Part shown: positions 22,263 to 35,766 of the stretch, one piece after another
How positions within the stretch are numbered: the stretch's first letter is position 1
Layout: every line of letters begins with the position of its first letter
Position numbers and translations under genes: made by a program
Source: Ylistrum balloti
Taxonomy: Eukaryota
Reading direction: 5' to 3'
DNA: 64,000 bases
Assembly (NCBI RefSeq): GCF_031769215.1
Contig: NW_026781965.1
Coordinates: forward strand, 1 to 64,000
Notes under the pieces: generated by a model
Database searches by the model: none
Told to the model about the DNA's origin: nothing
Seen by the model: the letters and a program-made list of their open reading frames with translations, nothing else

Positions 22263-25200
22263 AGGCTATGACAGGGTACACACTAGTCCAAATTTTTCCT
22301 AATCTTGTCATATTCTCAGTTGGTGCTTCCAATATCATATCTCACTGTACATGTATGTGTTAAGGAGGCAATCCATATATGTGCATTGTGTGGGCAACAG
22401 CAGCCAACGTCACTGATATCACATGTTGATAAACAAACTGAAAGTCTCCTTGTTTATTGGTACATGTTTTTGGTTCACATTCTTGAAATAATGCATCATT
22501 TATGAAAAGATTAAAGTTAAGAAATACATGTTCATGTAAAGGCTGTTTGTAGTGGTACCAGAGCTGGTATCTTTTAGACACACAGTGTATTGTTTAACTT
22601 CTCAACACTTATATGAATGTTTGCCTTGTTAAGATCTTCAAATTTTGGTTGAGACAGTATTTGTTTTTGTTAGGTGTGTGATTGAAAAATGTATACCAGC
22701 AAGTTAAAGGTGTATATATACCAACAGATTGTTAGATATATTACATAACCTAGGGAAGACACATTTGTACAAGTTTTGTGTTTTACGGTAAACCTTCGGT
22801 CAGTTGGAATAGGCAAGAAGTTGTTTGGTTTGGTGATTTTTTGAACCCTTTCTAGTTTGTTTCACTTATGTTTCAAATTGTTCAAACATGTCGCCAGACC
22901 ATGTGTCTTATGATTTAGGCATTGGCATCACAGTAATCGCTCCATCTGATCAATATTTATATCAAGGTTAAAACACTCTGGGTAGTAGGCTGTAACTTAC
23001 CATTGTAAGCAGTTGATAGTGTCCAATAATACACATTCATGTCACTTAATTAGCAATGATGTGTAGTGTGATTTATTTAACATCTTGCTGAAACATCATG
23101 CACACGTCATCAGACGCAACTCCAGGACCCTACTCTGCATTACAGGCTAAGCAATCGGTAATTAATTAGGGACCATGGGATGTCAGCATGTGTTTTGTCA
23201 AAGAACCACATTTTCATAAGATAATCACATCAAGACTATCCCAATAATTGTAAGATTCATAAAGGTTTTAACAAGCGTAAATCTGTAGTCATATTAAGTC
23301 TCAATCCACACTTTGCATACTGGGATGTCCACACTAACTTCCGCCAATGCACATGCAAAATTGTGTTTTTATGGACTGGTTTCTTGGTCATAGTTACAAT
23401 AAGTGTTTATAAAGATAATAATTTTATAATCAAACCCCCTAAAAATCCCATTCCTGACCAGTAGCTTCCTGCCCTGCTAGGACTCTTTCGGACACATTAT
23501 GATTTTGGACAAAATGAACCCTGATAGCTAAAAACTGATATATTTTCAAGGGCATAATTCTGTATAATATAGATATAATAATATTTAATTAATTTTGTTT
23601 GAACTGACCGTAAGTTTTCCGTAATTGAGTGGATTTCTGCAGGTATTTTGTATGGTCTGCATTATTCTGCTCAGATTACACATGAAAACAATTGTGCAAT
23701 ACTTCTCTACATTTTTGTCGAAATCTGAAACGGCATATTTTTTTAAGCAATTAAGTGCAATAAGACATGATGAAGATATGTTCTTTGTAGTGATGTTCAA
23801 TTCTTCAGTATTTTGTACGAATGTACAGCATGACCTGGAGGAGAAGACCCCTATGAAATATCTAGTGTTATATCAGTTTAGGCAGATGGTTCATGTAATG
23901 AATCACCTTTTTTTTCTTTTTTAACAAAAATGGTTAAGATGTCAATAATAGGTTGTACTGTGGTAAAATTAAACGTCTGTCTCTAATTATTTAAAGCTGC
24001 TTAGGTCTTCTGAGATATAAATGATGTATGATGACTCCTCTCTTTCTCTAGCAGTTCACTGCATATAAAAACAAGGCATCAGTACAGCAAAAAACTAGAA
24101 ATGCATGTGTATATTCCTTACCAAACCTGAAAGGTTTGTGCCATATTAATAAGGAAACTTTGAAAAAGGTTAAATATTGTAAAATCACTTTTCATATCCA
24201 GGCAAGTACTTACACTAATGAAAAAGACACAGTGCTGTGAAGTTCTTTGCTTGGAAAATTTCTCGAAATGTTCTGTAATTTGGCATCAGGACATTCAGCA
24301 GCCAAGTAATATTTATTGTGGTATGATTGATGGTGTGAATGATGTGAAGAAGTTTATGATAATAAGTTGCTGTTATTAACTATACCAGTTTCTCAATTTC
24401 TGTCTCTGATAAGTTGAACTGGATTCAAGGTGTTTTTAAATGTGTTACTGTTACAGTAAACAGCATTGTTTTGCAAATTTGTGTCATAACACATGCATTG
24501 TTATTACCATGATAAGTTTTATATATATTATATAAATGTATATATACATATTATTGTAAAAAAAAAGATTCCTACAATTTCGCTTGTTATATATATATAT
24601 GTAAATAATAGTAATGTAACACTTCAAGAATCGTTCCCTTTCTTGCCGTAAATAGTGTTGAAAATGACAGGCAAATTTCACGTGAAATCCACAACATAAA
24701 ATACAGTACTGCAAATTAATAAACTATATATTTCCATGGACAAAAAAAGTGATTTCCTTCAGTATCCAGTAAGTCATTTTTTATTTGACCGTAGCTTGTT
24801 TTGATAAGCAAATGTACAACATTCCACATATCTTCATTACAATTGGCTTTTGATTCCACATGGAAATGTTGATGAGAGAAAAGGTGGATTGATAAAATTT
24901 GAAAATAGATCTGTTGACAGATTGTTGATACTGTAATATATGTAGATTGTAACAATGGCTGTAGAAAAGGAAGGTACTGAAGTTGATACTCTTGTTTACT
25001 AGAATTTGGTGTGGCTTGGATTTTGCATCTTGAACTTTCCCTCTTATAATTTGAATTTTGTTAAATTTATTGTCCTGACATTTGAAAAAAATAGTTGTCT
25101 GGAACTGTTTCTTTGATAGCAGGTAATCTTAAAATTTTTGACTCATTTAGTATTTTATGGACTTTTACTCAATTTTCTCATTGTTTAGCCTTTGAAAAGG

Positions 25201-27163
25201 AATACAACTTCAACCTAAGCCATCAATATTGACATAAATAAATCCTTATCTTCTTAGTTTACATTCAATGTCAATAAACTTAGTCTATCATCACATATTA
25301 ACAGATCTGGAAATGTCTAGTAATTACATCCTCTTCAGTTGTGTTAAAAGAACATTTTTTCTATTGACATTACCAATCTGAAGAAAATGTTCCTAAATAT
25401 CTTGTTCAGGAAGTAAAATCGCCAATGGCCAACATTTGTCCACCTAGGCTATTGATGAAGTTGTGTATCATGATAGACATTGACCTAGGAGTAGAACTAA
25501 ACAGAACGATACAGACCAGTATTGTGTACTGATAACAGTACACATCAGTTAAATATCTTTCTGAATAATAATAAGTGCTTACCATACATTTACATGTATG
25601 TTGGTTCGGACCTCCTTCCTATCACAGCTTGGTTCGTAGAATGTACTTTTGAAAAACTGTAAAGTAGGTTTTAGGAATAGGGGTCTCTGCTTTATTAATT
25701 AGTTGAAGACAGGTTTGAAATTTTTGGAAAAAGAAGAACTGTAATTCAGTATTAACACAAATCCTACTTTTCAATCTAAAGATTTATTTGGGAGCTAGCT
25801 GCAATAAGCAGGTACATCAGAGCAGGGCCCAGCAGACAATTAGGACTCAAGTCATTTATATCATATATTTTGAGTCTTAACCAATCTTGTTGCTTTAGTT
25901 TCCTATTTGCTTGCTAATTTCATTATCATCCATATGTATTCGTTTTTTGTATATTTCATTCTTAGATGCCAAATGTCTTTAAAAAACTGTGTTATTTAGT
26001 TAGGAATGTGATGTTTTAGTACATATGTTTGTTGTTATGAAGAGCATGGATCATTTTATTCTATCAGTGGACAAGTGCTTTCTCTGTAGAAGTATTTAAC
26101 AATAGATTGTTTTAGTACACTTGTAGTTCTCAAATGTGACCAGGTGGTCAAACCATTAATACTAAACTATATTGTATCATGACACAATATTTGGCATGGC
26201 TTTTAAGAAAATGGCTTGGTAGAATATCTTAATAGTTTCAGTCTGATTTGAAGTGATAAAGAAGAGACTGTCCTTTTGAGCTATAGATACATAATCTTGA
26301 CTGGCAATGTAACTTTGGTTTCTGCTGGATAGAAATTTATGATATTGGCAGGTATATTTGTGGAGCCTCAATGGTTCATGTACAACTGGCCCAAATCACA
26401 CCATTTCTGTAAGAGATATCAGTAAAAGTAGTGGAATGGAAATTTCATTTATTTAATTTGGATATCTTTGTGGTCCACAAAATTAATATTTATACACAAA
26501 TATACCAATTTTGAATACAAAAGCTTATAGAATGAATTATTCTACATTAACATCAGATTCACAGGTAAAATTTACACTTGCAGTAATGACAAATTTTAAT
26601 TGTGTGTCACCTCTGATATAATATTGAGGATACATTAGTTTTCATTTTTTGTATTCTTAAATCAAAAGTCCAACCTGCTAACTAAAACTTAAGGAAACAT
26701 ATACAAAAAATTTCCCATTGATTTGAAATAAGTCTGGTTTCAAATTTTATTTTGAAGGAGATGGTGTTCGACTAATTAGGTTTTGTTGTAAACTTAAACT
26801 GTTTGAGGAACTAAGAATTTCTCTTTGAAGATCAATGAAGTTGGCCTGTTAACATTTAAGGGAATGGTCCAATAAAGAGATCTATCTAAGTTTAATGGCT
26901 GTAGGAGAAAGTCAGTAATCTTTATCAGAAGTCACACATGTAGCACATAATGGTGTGGTAGCATAATTGTAAGCAAGTCGCACCTAGCAAGCTTTTGGCC
27001 TGTCCTGGGCAAAGCATTTTCTATTGCTTGAATAATGATGGTCCCATTGGATAGACTTTAGAGAGAATGTGGCCTAAGTTGATTAGGTATTTTATGAAAA
27101 TCCATGCAAAGATGTAATAAACGATTTCACTACACCTTGAAAATGGTTTTGTTTTTCATCCAC

Positions 27164-27222
27164 GCAAATGACACGGTGTGCAAATGACATGGTGAGTAAA
27201 TGACATGGTGTGCAAATGACAT
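27164..27222. repeat. 16-bp tandem repeat, about four copies
   Basis: G(C/T)AAATGACA(C/T)GGTG(T/A) at 27164, 27180, 27196 and 27212 (last copy partial). Confidence 0.8.
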
Positions 27223-27984
27223 TCCAGTATGGTACACATTCAGTATCGACCTGTTGGTTGACTTTTAATTTTAACAGTTTTTTCTTTAACTTGAACTTCC
27301 AAAGTATCCAGGATCCTGATATTTTGCCAACATACACCTCGGATGGCATGCAATAAAATTTCTAAATATCAAAAACCTTGACATTTCTCAAGGTCAGGGG
27401 TCAAATGTTATCAATTTTCAGAATTACCCACGTTCTTGAGGATACCAGGTCATTTTACTTTGATTTGCATATTAAGCAATTTGAAACATTCGAAAAGGTG
27501 ACCGTTGAGAGCTCCAGTGCTAAACCAACATTTCATTGTTGATATGCTTTGGTATACTCTTATATATCGAGTTTAGGCTATTGGGTCAAAGTTTAGTGCT
27601 GGTTAGGGTAAAAAAATTAATTTGAACTAAAAAAAGCACAGTTTAAAGTTTTCATGGTAAACACCTTAACCAGTTGACCCACATTCGTGGTATTTGACTA
27701 GCATATTATGTACTGAAATACTTCTATTTTCAGCAAGAAAATCTTCGACAATTTTGCTTCATTATCAACACAGTCCTTTGGCCTTTTGAACGTTATGTGC
27801 ATTCGCCTGTGCTCCTTATCTCGATGTCCACTGTGATACGATTACTGATAGCAGACATTATTTATAGTACTGTAACAACGAATCATGGGTCTTTATCTCT
27901 ACCTCACATGCAATGTTTACTTACTTTATTTTCCAATAATACAAGTGTGCCAACGCGTGGACAGCTTCACTCAATCACACTAAC

Positions 27985-30900
27985 ATGGAATATTGGTTTC
28001 TATCGTTGCTTTTAAGCACCGCCATGCAGGTCGTCTCGACAAGGGATGTCGATCCCCAAATCTATATGAGATCGGTAGGCATATTTTACGTTTTGTTCTA
28101 TTCTGGCGTTCTCTCATCAGTTATATAATATTTATGTCTCCAAACGAAGTTGGGGGACGGGGGACATATTGTGTTTGCTCCGTTTCTTCTTATTATTATA
28201 ATTTATATTGCCGGTATTCTTATTTCTTCCACTTTCTTCCGCCGGCGAGGTTTCCAATGCGTTTCTCAAAATCTATTGCATGGAATTTAGCAAAACTCTC
28301 CACACTTATTCATACACGCGAGGCGGAGTGCAGGCCCCTTGAATTTTTTCAATCGGTCATCTGAGCGGTCAGCTGTGGTCAAAATTTGGCCAAATTTTAG
28401 ATATTGTCCGATTTTCGTGAAAATTGGTATATATGTATTAGTTGGCAATCGGAGCAAAAAGGCGTAGTCCATTTATTATCCGGCCATCGATCGGTCATCT
28501 GAGCAGTCAACTGTGGTCAATTTTTTCATTCGGTCATCTGAGCGGTCAGCTGTGGTCTGAATTTGGCCAAATTTTACATATTGTCCGATTATGTTTAAAT
28601 GGACCATTGAGATGTACTTAATATTGAAAGTAGCAGACACAAAATAAGCTCTTTGTCATACTGAGGTAAGAATACTTCTCTATATACCAAACTAAAAGCA
28701 TCACCATTTCCTCTCTTCTGATGTTTTAAAAAATTACGTTCTCATTTCCATTCAAAATTGGTGTGTTCATGTTTGGCATGACTGCAGGTCTGATAATTTT
28801 GATCATTTACTGCTGAAGGGGTTGTTTGGGGGACATTTGTAATGGTCCCCATTACAATTAATACTTGTTAATTAATATCTTTAATTTGTATATTTAAGAT
28901 GGTCGCGATTTTCAAAATTGTAGTAAGCACACGACATTTCGGCAGATTCACACTGATACTGAATATCATGGGAAACCCTATGTAAGCTTATCATCTGAAA
29001 AAAATGTTTTAGTATTTTCAATACTGACGGTTTCCATTAATTGCTATATTGGTTAGGCCTACGAGCCCGAGTTTCCCGTGACCTCCACACTTCAAAATGT
29101 CTGGTGTTGAGGCGAATATTGAGGTCAGTGGGATGAGTTGCACTTCTGGTTAACCACGTAATCGTGTAAACTTTATACTTTCGATCTTTGTCAAGTTTTC
29201 TGAATGTCTTCTTCAACCTTTCAGCCGGAGATGATACGATACAATGGCTACCCTGTCGAGGTTCACAATGTGACGACTAAAGACGGATTCATCCTCGAGA
29301 CACATCGCATTCCAGGAGGACGAAAAACAATCAAACCTGGTATCATTATTTCAACTACTGCACCCTTTACATTTATTGTGAGATCAGTTTTTTTATCTAT
29401 TTTGAGATACATCAGTGAATGAGTTGATTGGTACGTTCCGAACGTCACTATACAACATACAGTAATATGATAATGATGCCTTGTCGTATTCAGCTTGACC
29501 AAGTCATAATGATGACATTTTGAGTTTATTTGATTAAAAGGATACCTGCTTAAATTTATGTACAAATCACGAATGCCGTAGTTTCTCTTGCAGTAGCCAA
29601 TAGACCAGTCGTTCTGTTTCAACACGGCCTAAACGCCGGGTCCGACTGTTTCATCGAGAATGGACCTAATGCCAGTCTTCCTTTCATACTGGCTGACCAG
29701 GGAATGGACGTTTGGCTGTCCAACAGTCGTGGGAATGTATACGGTTTGAGAAACATACACTTTGATTCTTCACAGGACGAGTTCTGGGCCTGGAGGTAGA
29801 AATAACTTCTATGGATGGGGTAACGGAAAAGGGAGTTCTATAGATATGTGCATTTGATTCTGTTAGGCAATGCTAACTAGAATAACACTTTTAAGAACTT
29901 TAGGGGCCATATATCGAATACAAGAGTATATATTGGAGTTCTTCAGTATAGCGGGTTGCTAAAATACAATATTTTTCAATCAATCGCCTTGATGATAGTT
30001 CCATGTTCTTTGGTGAACGCTAGAAATAGTCTCAAGATATTGTTGAAGTCAGAGGCATGTGCAGACGTACGTGAATGTGATTAGAATTTCTTTTTTTCAT
30101 AACTTCATTATTTGGATTAACTCACTATGGTAGTATGGAAAAAACACAACAAATAACAAGATGTCAATACAATCATAATTAAAACTCAAATTCAATAAAA
30201 CTATATCAAATCCTGAACAAAACAATGATTTACAACGAGACACCTGAAACAGTACAAGAAGAATAAGACCAGGTATTCCGGTGGTGTAAGTAATTAAAAA
30301 ACTATCAACATTTGTAAAAATACAGAGAAGATGTTATTCATCATGTCGTGACAAATATCACAAACGACAGAACATCGTGAGTTTACTGCGATGGAAAAAG
30401 ATATATCAGAACATATGCATAGTACCATGTGATCGAAACTGTTTGAGACACCACAAAATCAATATATTTGTATACGTTGTACAAACAATCTTGCAATCAG
30501 AGAAGTGTTGTGTGTGCATATACATAAATCTTCACTTATGAACTCCCTATTCGTGGAAAGCCGTTCAGTACGTTATCTTTCTTACAATAATACTTGGTTT
30601 CTTGTCGTATCCGATCAGCCATTCTTTTGACCATCTGACACTCTGGCCATCATCACCTCATTCAACAAGTTTCTTGAATACCACTGGATACAAAGTCAAT
30701 CGTAATAAACCGTTAACTGTTTTTAAGATGAACAACCTGTCTTTTGTGTGGCCAATTCACAATTTGAAATGTCTGTTCATAGCTGGGATGAAATGGCGAC
30801 ACGTGACCTGCCCGCTGTGGTTGATTACATTCGCGGGGTGACCAATGTCTCCCGGTTGTATTATATCGGACACTCACAGGGTACCACGACAATGTTCGCT

Positions 30901-33900
30901 CAACTCAGTCAGGACCCCGAGTTTGCCAAGAAAATCAAATTGTTCGTCGCCCTTGCACCGATTGGCAAGTTAGGGCACATCAAAGGAATGTTGAAGCTGG
31001 TCGCTGACCTTACACAGAACAGCGACGTAAGATAGTTAATATAAAAAAGTCATCTTCAATATACAAGAAATAGACTTGTCCTTGGTAAATGTTAATTAAT
31101 TTTTAAGACATCTTTTAAATGTTTGTATATCATAGACTTTGTGTAGTGTACCTAAGCGTTTCACGATATATTTACGCTCCATCACGACGGTATTGGGTTA
31201 ACTTGAGCTCATTTTCAATTCTCGGCAATGTCTGTAGTGTTACGAATATCTATGATTTATATCGATAGTCGCCTTATTGTTATATATGTTTACATTGCAA
31301 GCAATAGATCTTTGATCTTTCTGTCGTCACCTCTGTTCCTGTTAGCCTTTGATATATATTATTTTCGATGAGCCATCCGTGTTAACACTATACTGAGATT
31401 TGATACTGCTTTGTCTAGTTATATGCTGTATACCGTTTCCAGCTTATTTGACCATTTTGTATGTATCGTTTCCAGCTCGCCCGACTTTTCGGCTACTACT
31501 AGCGCATGTGTAGCGCATTTCCGATATCATATCACATGTAAGAACTAAATTTCGAGACGGCCAACTTGTCGACTGGATAATTTTTATTTATTACGGCATG
31601 AGTTGTTGTTCCTGGTAAATTAATGTAGTTTAGTGTTATTGACAGGATGTCCACAAGCTGTTCGGCCGGAAATCTTTCATGATGAACTCATCTATATCTA
31701 CATTTCTGGCGGCCAAGGTGTGCGATGAACAGCCAATCACGTTCGTTTGTTCAGTTGCCACCAGTATTACAGGGTTTGATCTTCAGCAGACTAACTGGGT
31801 ACGTGACCGATTTGGTAATTTTCTCTATACGATCATGTCCACGAACTAAACACCCCAGTAACGATCTTGTACACAAACTATACACCCCAGTAACGATATT
31901 GTACACAAACTATACACCCCAGTAACGATATTGTACACAAACTATACACCACAGTAACGATATTGTACACAAACTATACACCCCAGTAACGATATTGTAC
32001 ACAAACTATACACCACAGTAACGATATTATACACAAACCTAACACCCCAGTAACGATATTGTACACAAACTATACACCACAGTAACGATATTGTACACAA
32101 ACTATACACCCCAGTAACGATATTGTACACAAACTATACACCCCAGTAACGATCTTGTACAAGAACTATACACCCCAGTAACGATATTGTACACAAACTA
32201 TACACCCCAGTAACGATATTGTACACGAAGTAAACACCCCAGTAACGATCTTGTACAAGAACTATACACCCCAGTAACGATATTGTACACGAAGTAAACA
32301 CCCCAGTAACGATATTGTACACGAAGTAAACACCCCAGTAACGATACTGTACACGAAGTAAACACCCCAGTAACGATATTGTACACGAAGTAAACACCCC
32401 AGTAACGATATTGTACACAAACTTCACACCCCAGTAACGATCTTGTACAAGAACTATACACCCCAGTAACGATATTAGACACAAACTTCACACCCCAGTA
32501 ACGATATTGTACACGAAGTAAACACCCCAGTAACGATATTGTACACGAAGTAAACACCCCAGTAACGATATTGTACACGAAGTAAACACCCCAGTAACGA
32601 TATTGTACACGAAGTAAACACCCCAGTAACGATATTGTACACGAAGTAAACACCCCAGTAACGATATTGTACACAAACTTCACACCCCAGTAACGATCTT
32701 GTACAAGAACTATACACCCCAGTAACGATATTAGACACAAACTTCACACCCCAGTAACGATATTGTACACGAAGTAAACACCCCAGTAACGATATTGTAC
32801 ACAAACTTCACACCCCAGTAACGATCTTGTACAAGAACTATACACCACAGTAACGATATTAGACACAAACTTCACACTCCAGTAACGATATTGTACACGA
32901 AGTAAACACCCCAGTAACGATATTGTACACGAACATCATTAATGATGATATTCTATGAAATACTTAATTTTTATACAGAATATTATATTGTTTTGACCTT
33001 GTTGGAAACAAAAGCAGAAATTTGGCCTGTGGTGATTGGTGAGTGACCAGCTTACCAAGTCAGGATAATAAAACATCTTTATTGCTGTAAATCGAAGCAA
33101 ACAAACGAGTTTATAACAATAACGATAAGATTTTTAGATAGTAAGCAAGACCATTTCCCTACAAATAGTCGAGAGGGAATTTAATTGAATTGAAACAAGT
33201 CCATACAACATATGATCATATTTACGAACAATTCTACATGACATACATGTTTTATTGTATCAGACGAGAGTGCCAATATATATCGCCCATTCCGCCGAAG
33301 GTACCTCTGTCCAGAACATGAATCACTACATTCAGGTGGGTGTCTGTGTGGTAATCGCCGTTATCACACTTTGGAGTAACGCATGCGTATGTAATAATGG
33401 TATTTTCATGGCATGTTATTTCAATAGCCATCCGTTGAACAGAAAAGGTTTGTGACTACAACAACACAAAGATATTTCATGTTTAAAGATCTTGTCCGAA
33501 ACACAATTCAAACTACATTTAGAACAGTTTTCAACAAACATTGAATAACAAATAAAGCGAACTCTTTAATACATCAGTTGTTAGCATCATGGTATTGACT
33601 ATAAAAAGAAAACTAGTTTTATGATAGTCTTGTATACATTGAAAATCTATATAAGAATCTGTAAGAGCACTTCCTCGGAGAAGGATACGAGCTGAATGAG
33701 AGTAGACTTTATGTGTGGATTTTCATTCCCAGGAGGTTAAAACAGATCTTTATCAGAAATACGACTATGGATCACCGGCGCTGAATATGGCGAAATACAA
33801 TCAGGTGAGGCCCAGATCGATGAGAATTTCCCCGTCTATCATTTTTTATATATTCTGACTTGAAGCTACAACAATGTATCTTAACGTCTTGAATATTCCA

Positions 33901-34705
33901 TGTTTTCCTTCAGTTCACTGTGATCACTAACGCTAGTATTAACTGTGGGTTGTCTAGAAGATAGAATCAATACTTACGAGGATAATTTACAAGTACATTT
34001 GTTTCCGTCTTTTTTCCGTTTTCACTTATCCCTAATATATTTGTGTGTACATTACCTTTTATCGACAGTATAGACAATCACGTGTTTGTACTTTATACAC
34101 ATTAGCCATGTCGTGATAGTAATGGTATACTAATCTCATATGGCGACGGCATTTATTGGACAGATTGACAATTACACACATCCACAGGAAACACAATCAC
34201 AACTGTTAAGTCTGAATACCGGATTAAAATACCAGGAAAAAAAGTTACATTATAACCGAAGAATTTGAAAAAAACTTTATTTTAGTTACACATTAATTAA
34301 CGGTAAAATATAATTTCATTTATGTACTGTAATTTTATTCGAGCATTTAATATTTACCTTTTATTTAATCATGTTTCCTGTCCTTAAAGTTGTATGATAT
34401 ATGTATTTTTTTAGTAATAAATATGGATTTTTAACAACAATTTTGTTGGTTTTTTTTCCCAGACAACACCGCCACGATATGCGATCCAAAACATTAAGAC
34501 GCCAGTCGCTTTTTTTAATGGGAACAAGGATTGGCTGTCGAATCCAACTGACGTCACTTTTCTCCTTAGTAACTTGCCAAACATTGTAAAGAAGAAAACA
34601 TTCCCTCACTATGACCACGTGGATTTCATACTGGCTGAGGATGCGCCGAAAATATTATATCCTGAAGTACTAGAACTGATCAAAGATACTCATGGAATGA
34701 AATAA
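27985..34705 (+). CDS. Acid lipase (lysosomal/gastric lipase family, LIPA/LIPF-like), paralogue A, 396 aa
   Basis: Exons 27985-28074 (signal peptide, DPQIYM), 29225-29339, 29594-29795 (PVVLFQHGL), 30783-31026 (GHSQG nucleophile), 31646-31798, 33264-33335, 33733-33804, 34463-34705 (KDWL Asp; YDHVDF His). All GT-AG, 1191 nt in frame. Confidence 0.92.
28130..28590 (-). mobile_element. Helentron/HINE-like repeat fragment in lipase A intron 1
   Basis: Hairpin-like end TTTATGTCTCC...GGGGGACATA, TTC/TTA microsatellite, and three copies of CATCTGAGC(G/A)GTCA(G/A)CTGTGGTC. Confidence 0.5.
31829..32933. repeat. 32-bp minisatellite, about 34 copies, in lipase A intron 5
   Basis: Unit CAGTAACGATATTGTACAC(AAACTAT/GAAGTAA/AAACTTC)ACACCC; period 32 (31921 to 31953). 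It accounts for the minus-strand ORFs at 31942-32804. Confidence 0.97.
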
Positions 34706-35766
34706 TGTAACTGCTTTCTGTTGTTAAAATGGATCATTCGTTTGTTGTCGTGATGAATTACATCAGCTGTGTTTGTTTTATTTACAAGTTGTTCCCAAAC
34801 ACGAAAACAAACCTGACGATGATAACGGAAATAGTTATGCAATTTCCATTAATGATATAACAATGAAGAAATGAACGGGATCCAGTGTGTATTTAAAGAC
34901 TGGGCGTTATAGTCCACGGAGCCGTGATGTACGAAAAACTGGGTAAGATCCAGAGTAAGAAAAGTCAATCAGACCCTATCATTGAAGGAACAATAAATAA
35001 ATAAATAAATAAAACAATGAAATACAGCAACTGCTATAACCACGAGTACAGAAAGCATTCAACAACAACAGTAGCACGCAAGAAAAGACATGTCGAAATA
35101 AGTACGATTGGACTGGTAACCTTGTTCAAAATTAAAGTGATCCATCATGAGAATTCTAAATATGTAGCCTTATGACAAATTCTAGTAAGGATGTTTGAGC
35201 ATCCAGTAACTATACATCCTTTGTTGTATAACTGAGGTACTGTCAGATTGATCAGATTGGTCGGTCGTTTATCCAGATATCATGCTTCGGCTTCAGTAAG
35301 TCCTTATGTGAGAGAACTGTTAGCAATCAAACCTAGTACTTTAAAAAAATATACCATATGTTCATGGATATCCTTAATCATCATGTTTAGATACAAAGAG
35401 TGTTGTATCATTCGCCCGAACAACATGCGGAAGGCACGTCGCATGCCATCGAAAACAACTGTGATAAAATGTTTTCCCCATCACCGCGACAACACCGACT
35501 GGTCCGTTATTCTCTTTCTTCAGAAATAGCCACAGGTTGGAAACGCCATAATAAGTATGATCCGTTGAACTCGTACTTAAAGGAGTAAAACTTCCGAATT
35601 TATTTGGCTTAAATTCCCTCGAATAGAAACAAGGCTAGCATTACAATCTATGAGAACGGACCATGTGTTGTAGATAACGTGTTCTACCTTACAATAACAT
35701 AGACATATCCTGAAATCATTGGCCAAATCTGGCGACAACAACCTTCTCCAACAGTCAGCCGTAATC

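Noticed and set aside
22600-27100. Hidden gene between MOB1 and lipase A
   Set aside because: Only short AT-rich ORFs without motifs or consistent splice phases; looks like 3' UTR plus intergenic DNA.
29930-30110. Possible second Penelope-like relic ([11 protein letters not shown]...) in lipase A intron 3
   Set aside because: Too short and degenerate to support by eye.
31942-32804. Overlapping Cys/Tyr/Val-rich minus-strand ORFs; CRISPR-like look of the array
   Set aside because: They are translations of the 32-bp minisatellite; units are contiguous with no unique spacers and no cas genes.
35719-35766. N-terminal extension of lipase B in the ORF track
   Set aside because: Starts at a non-ATG codon; the ATG at 35767 has good context and begins the signal peptide.
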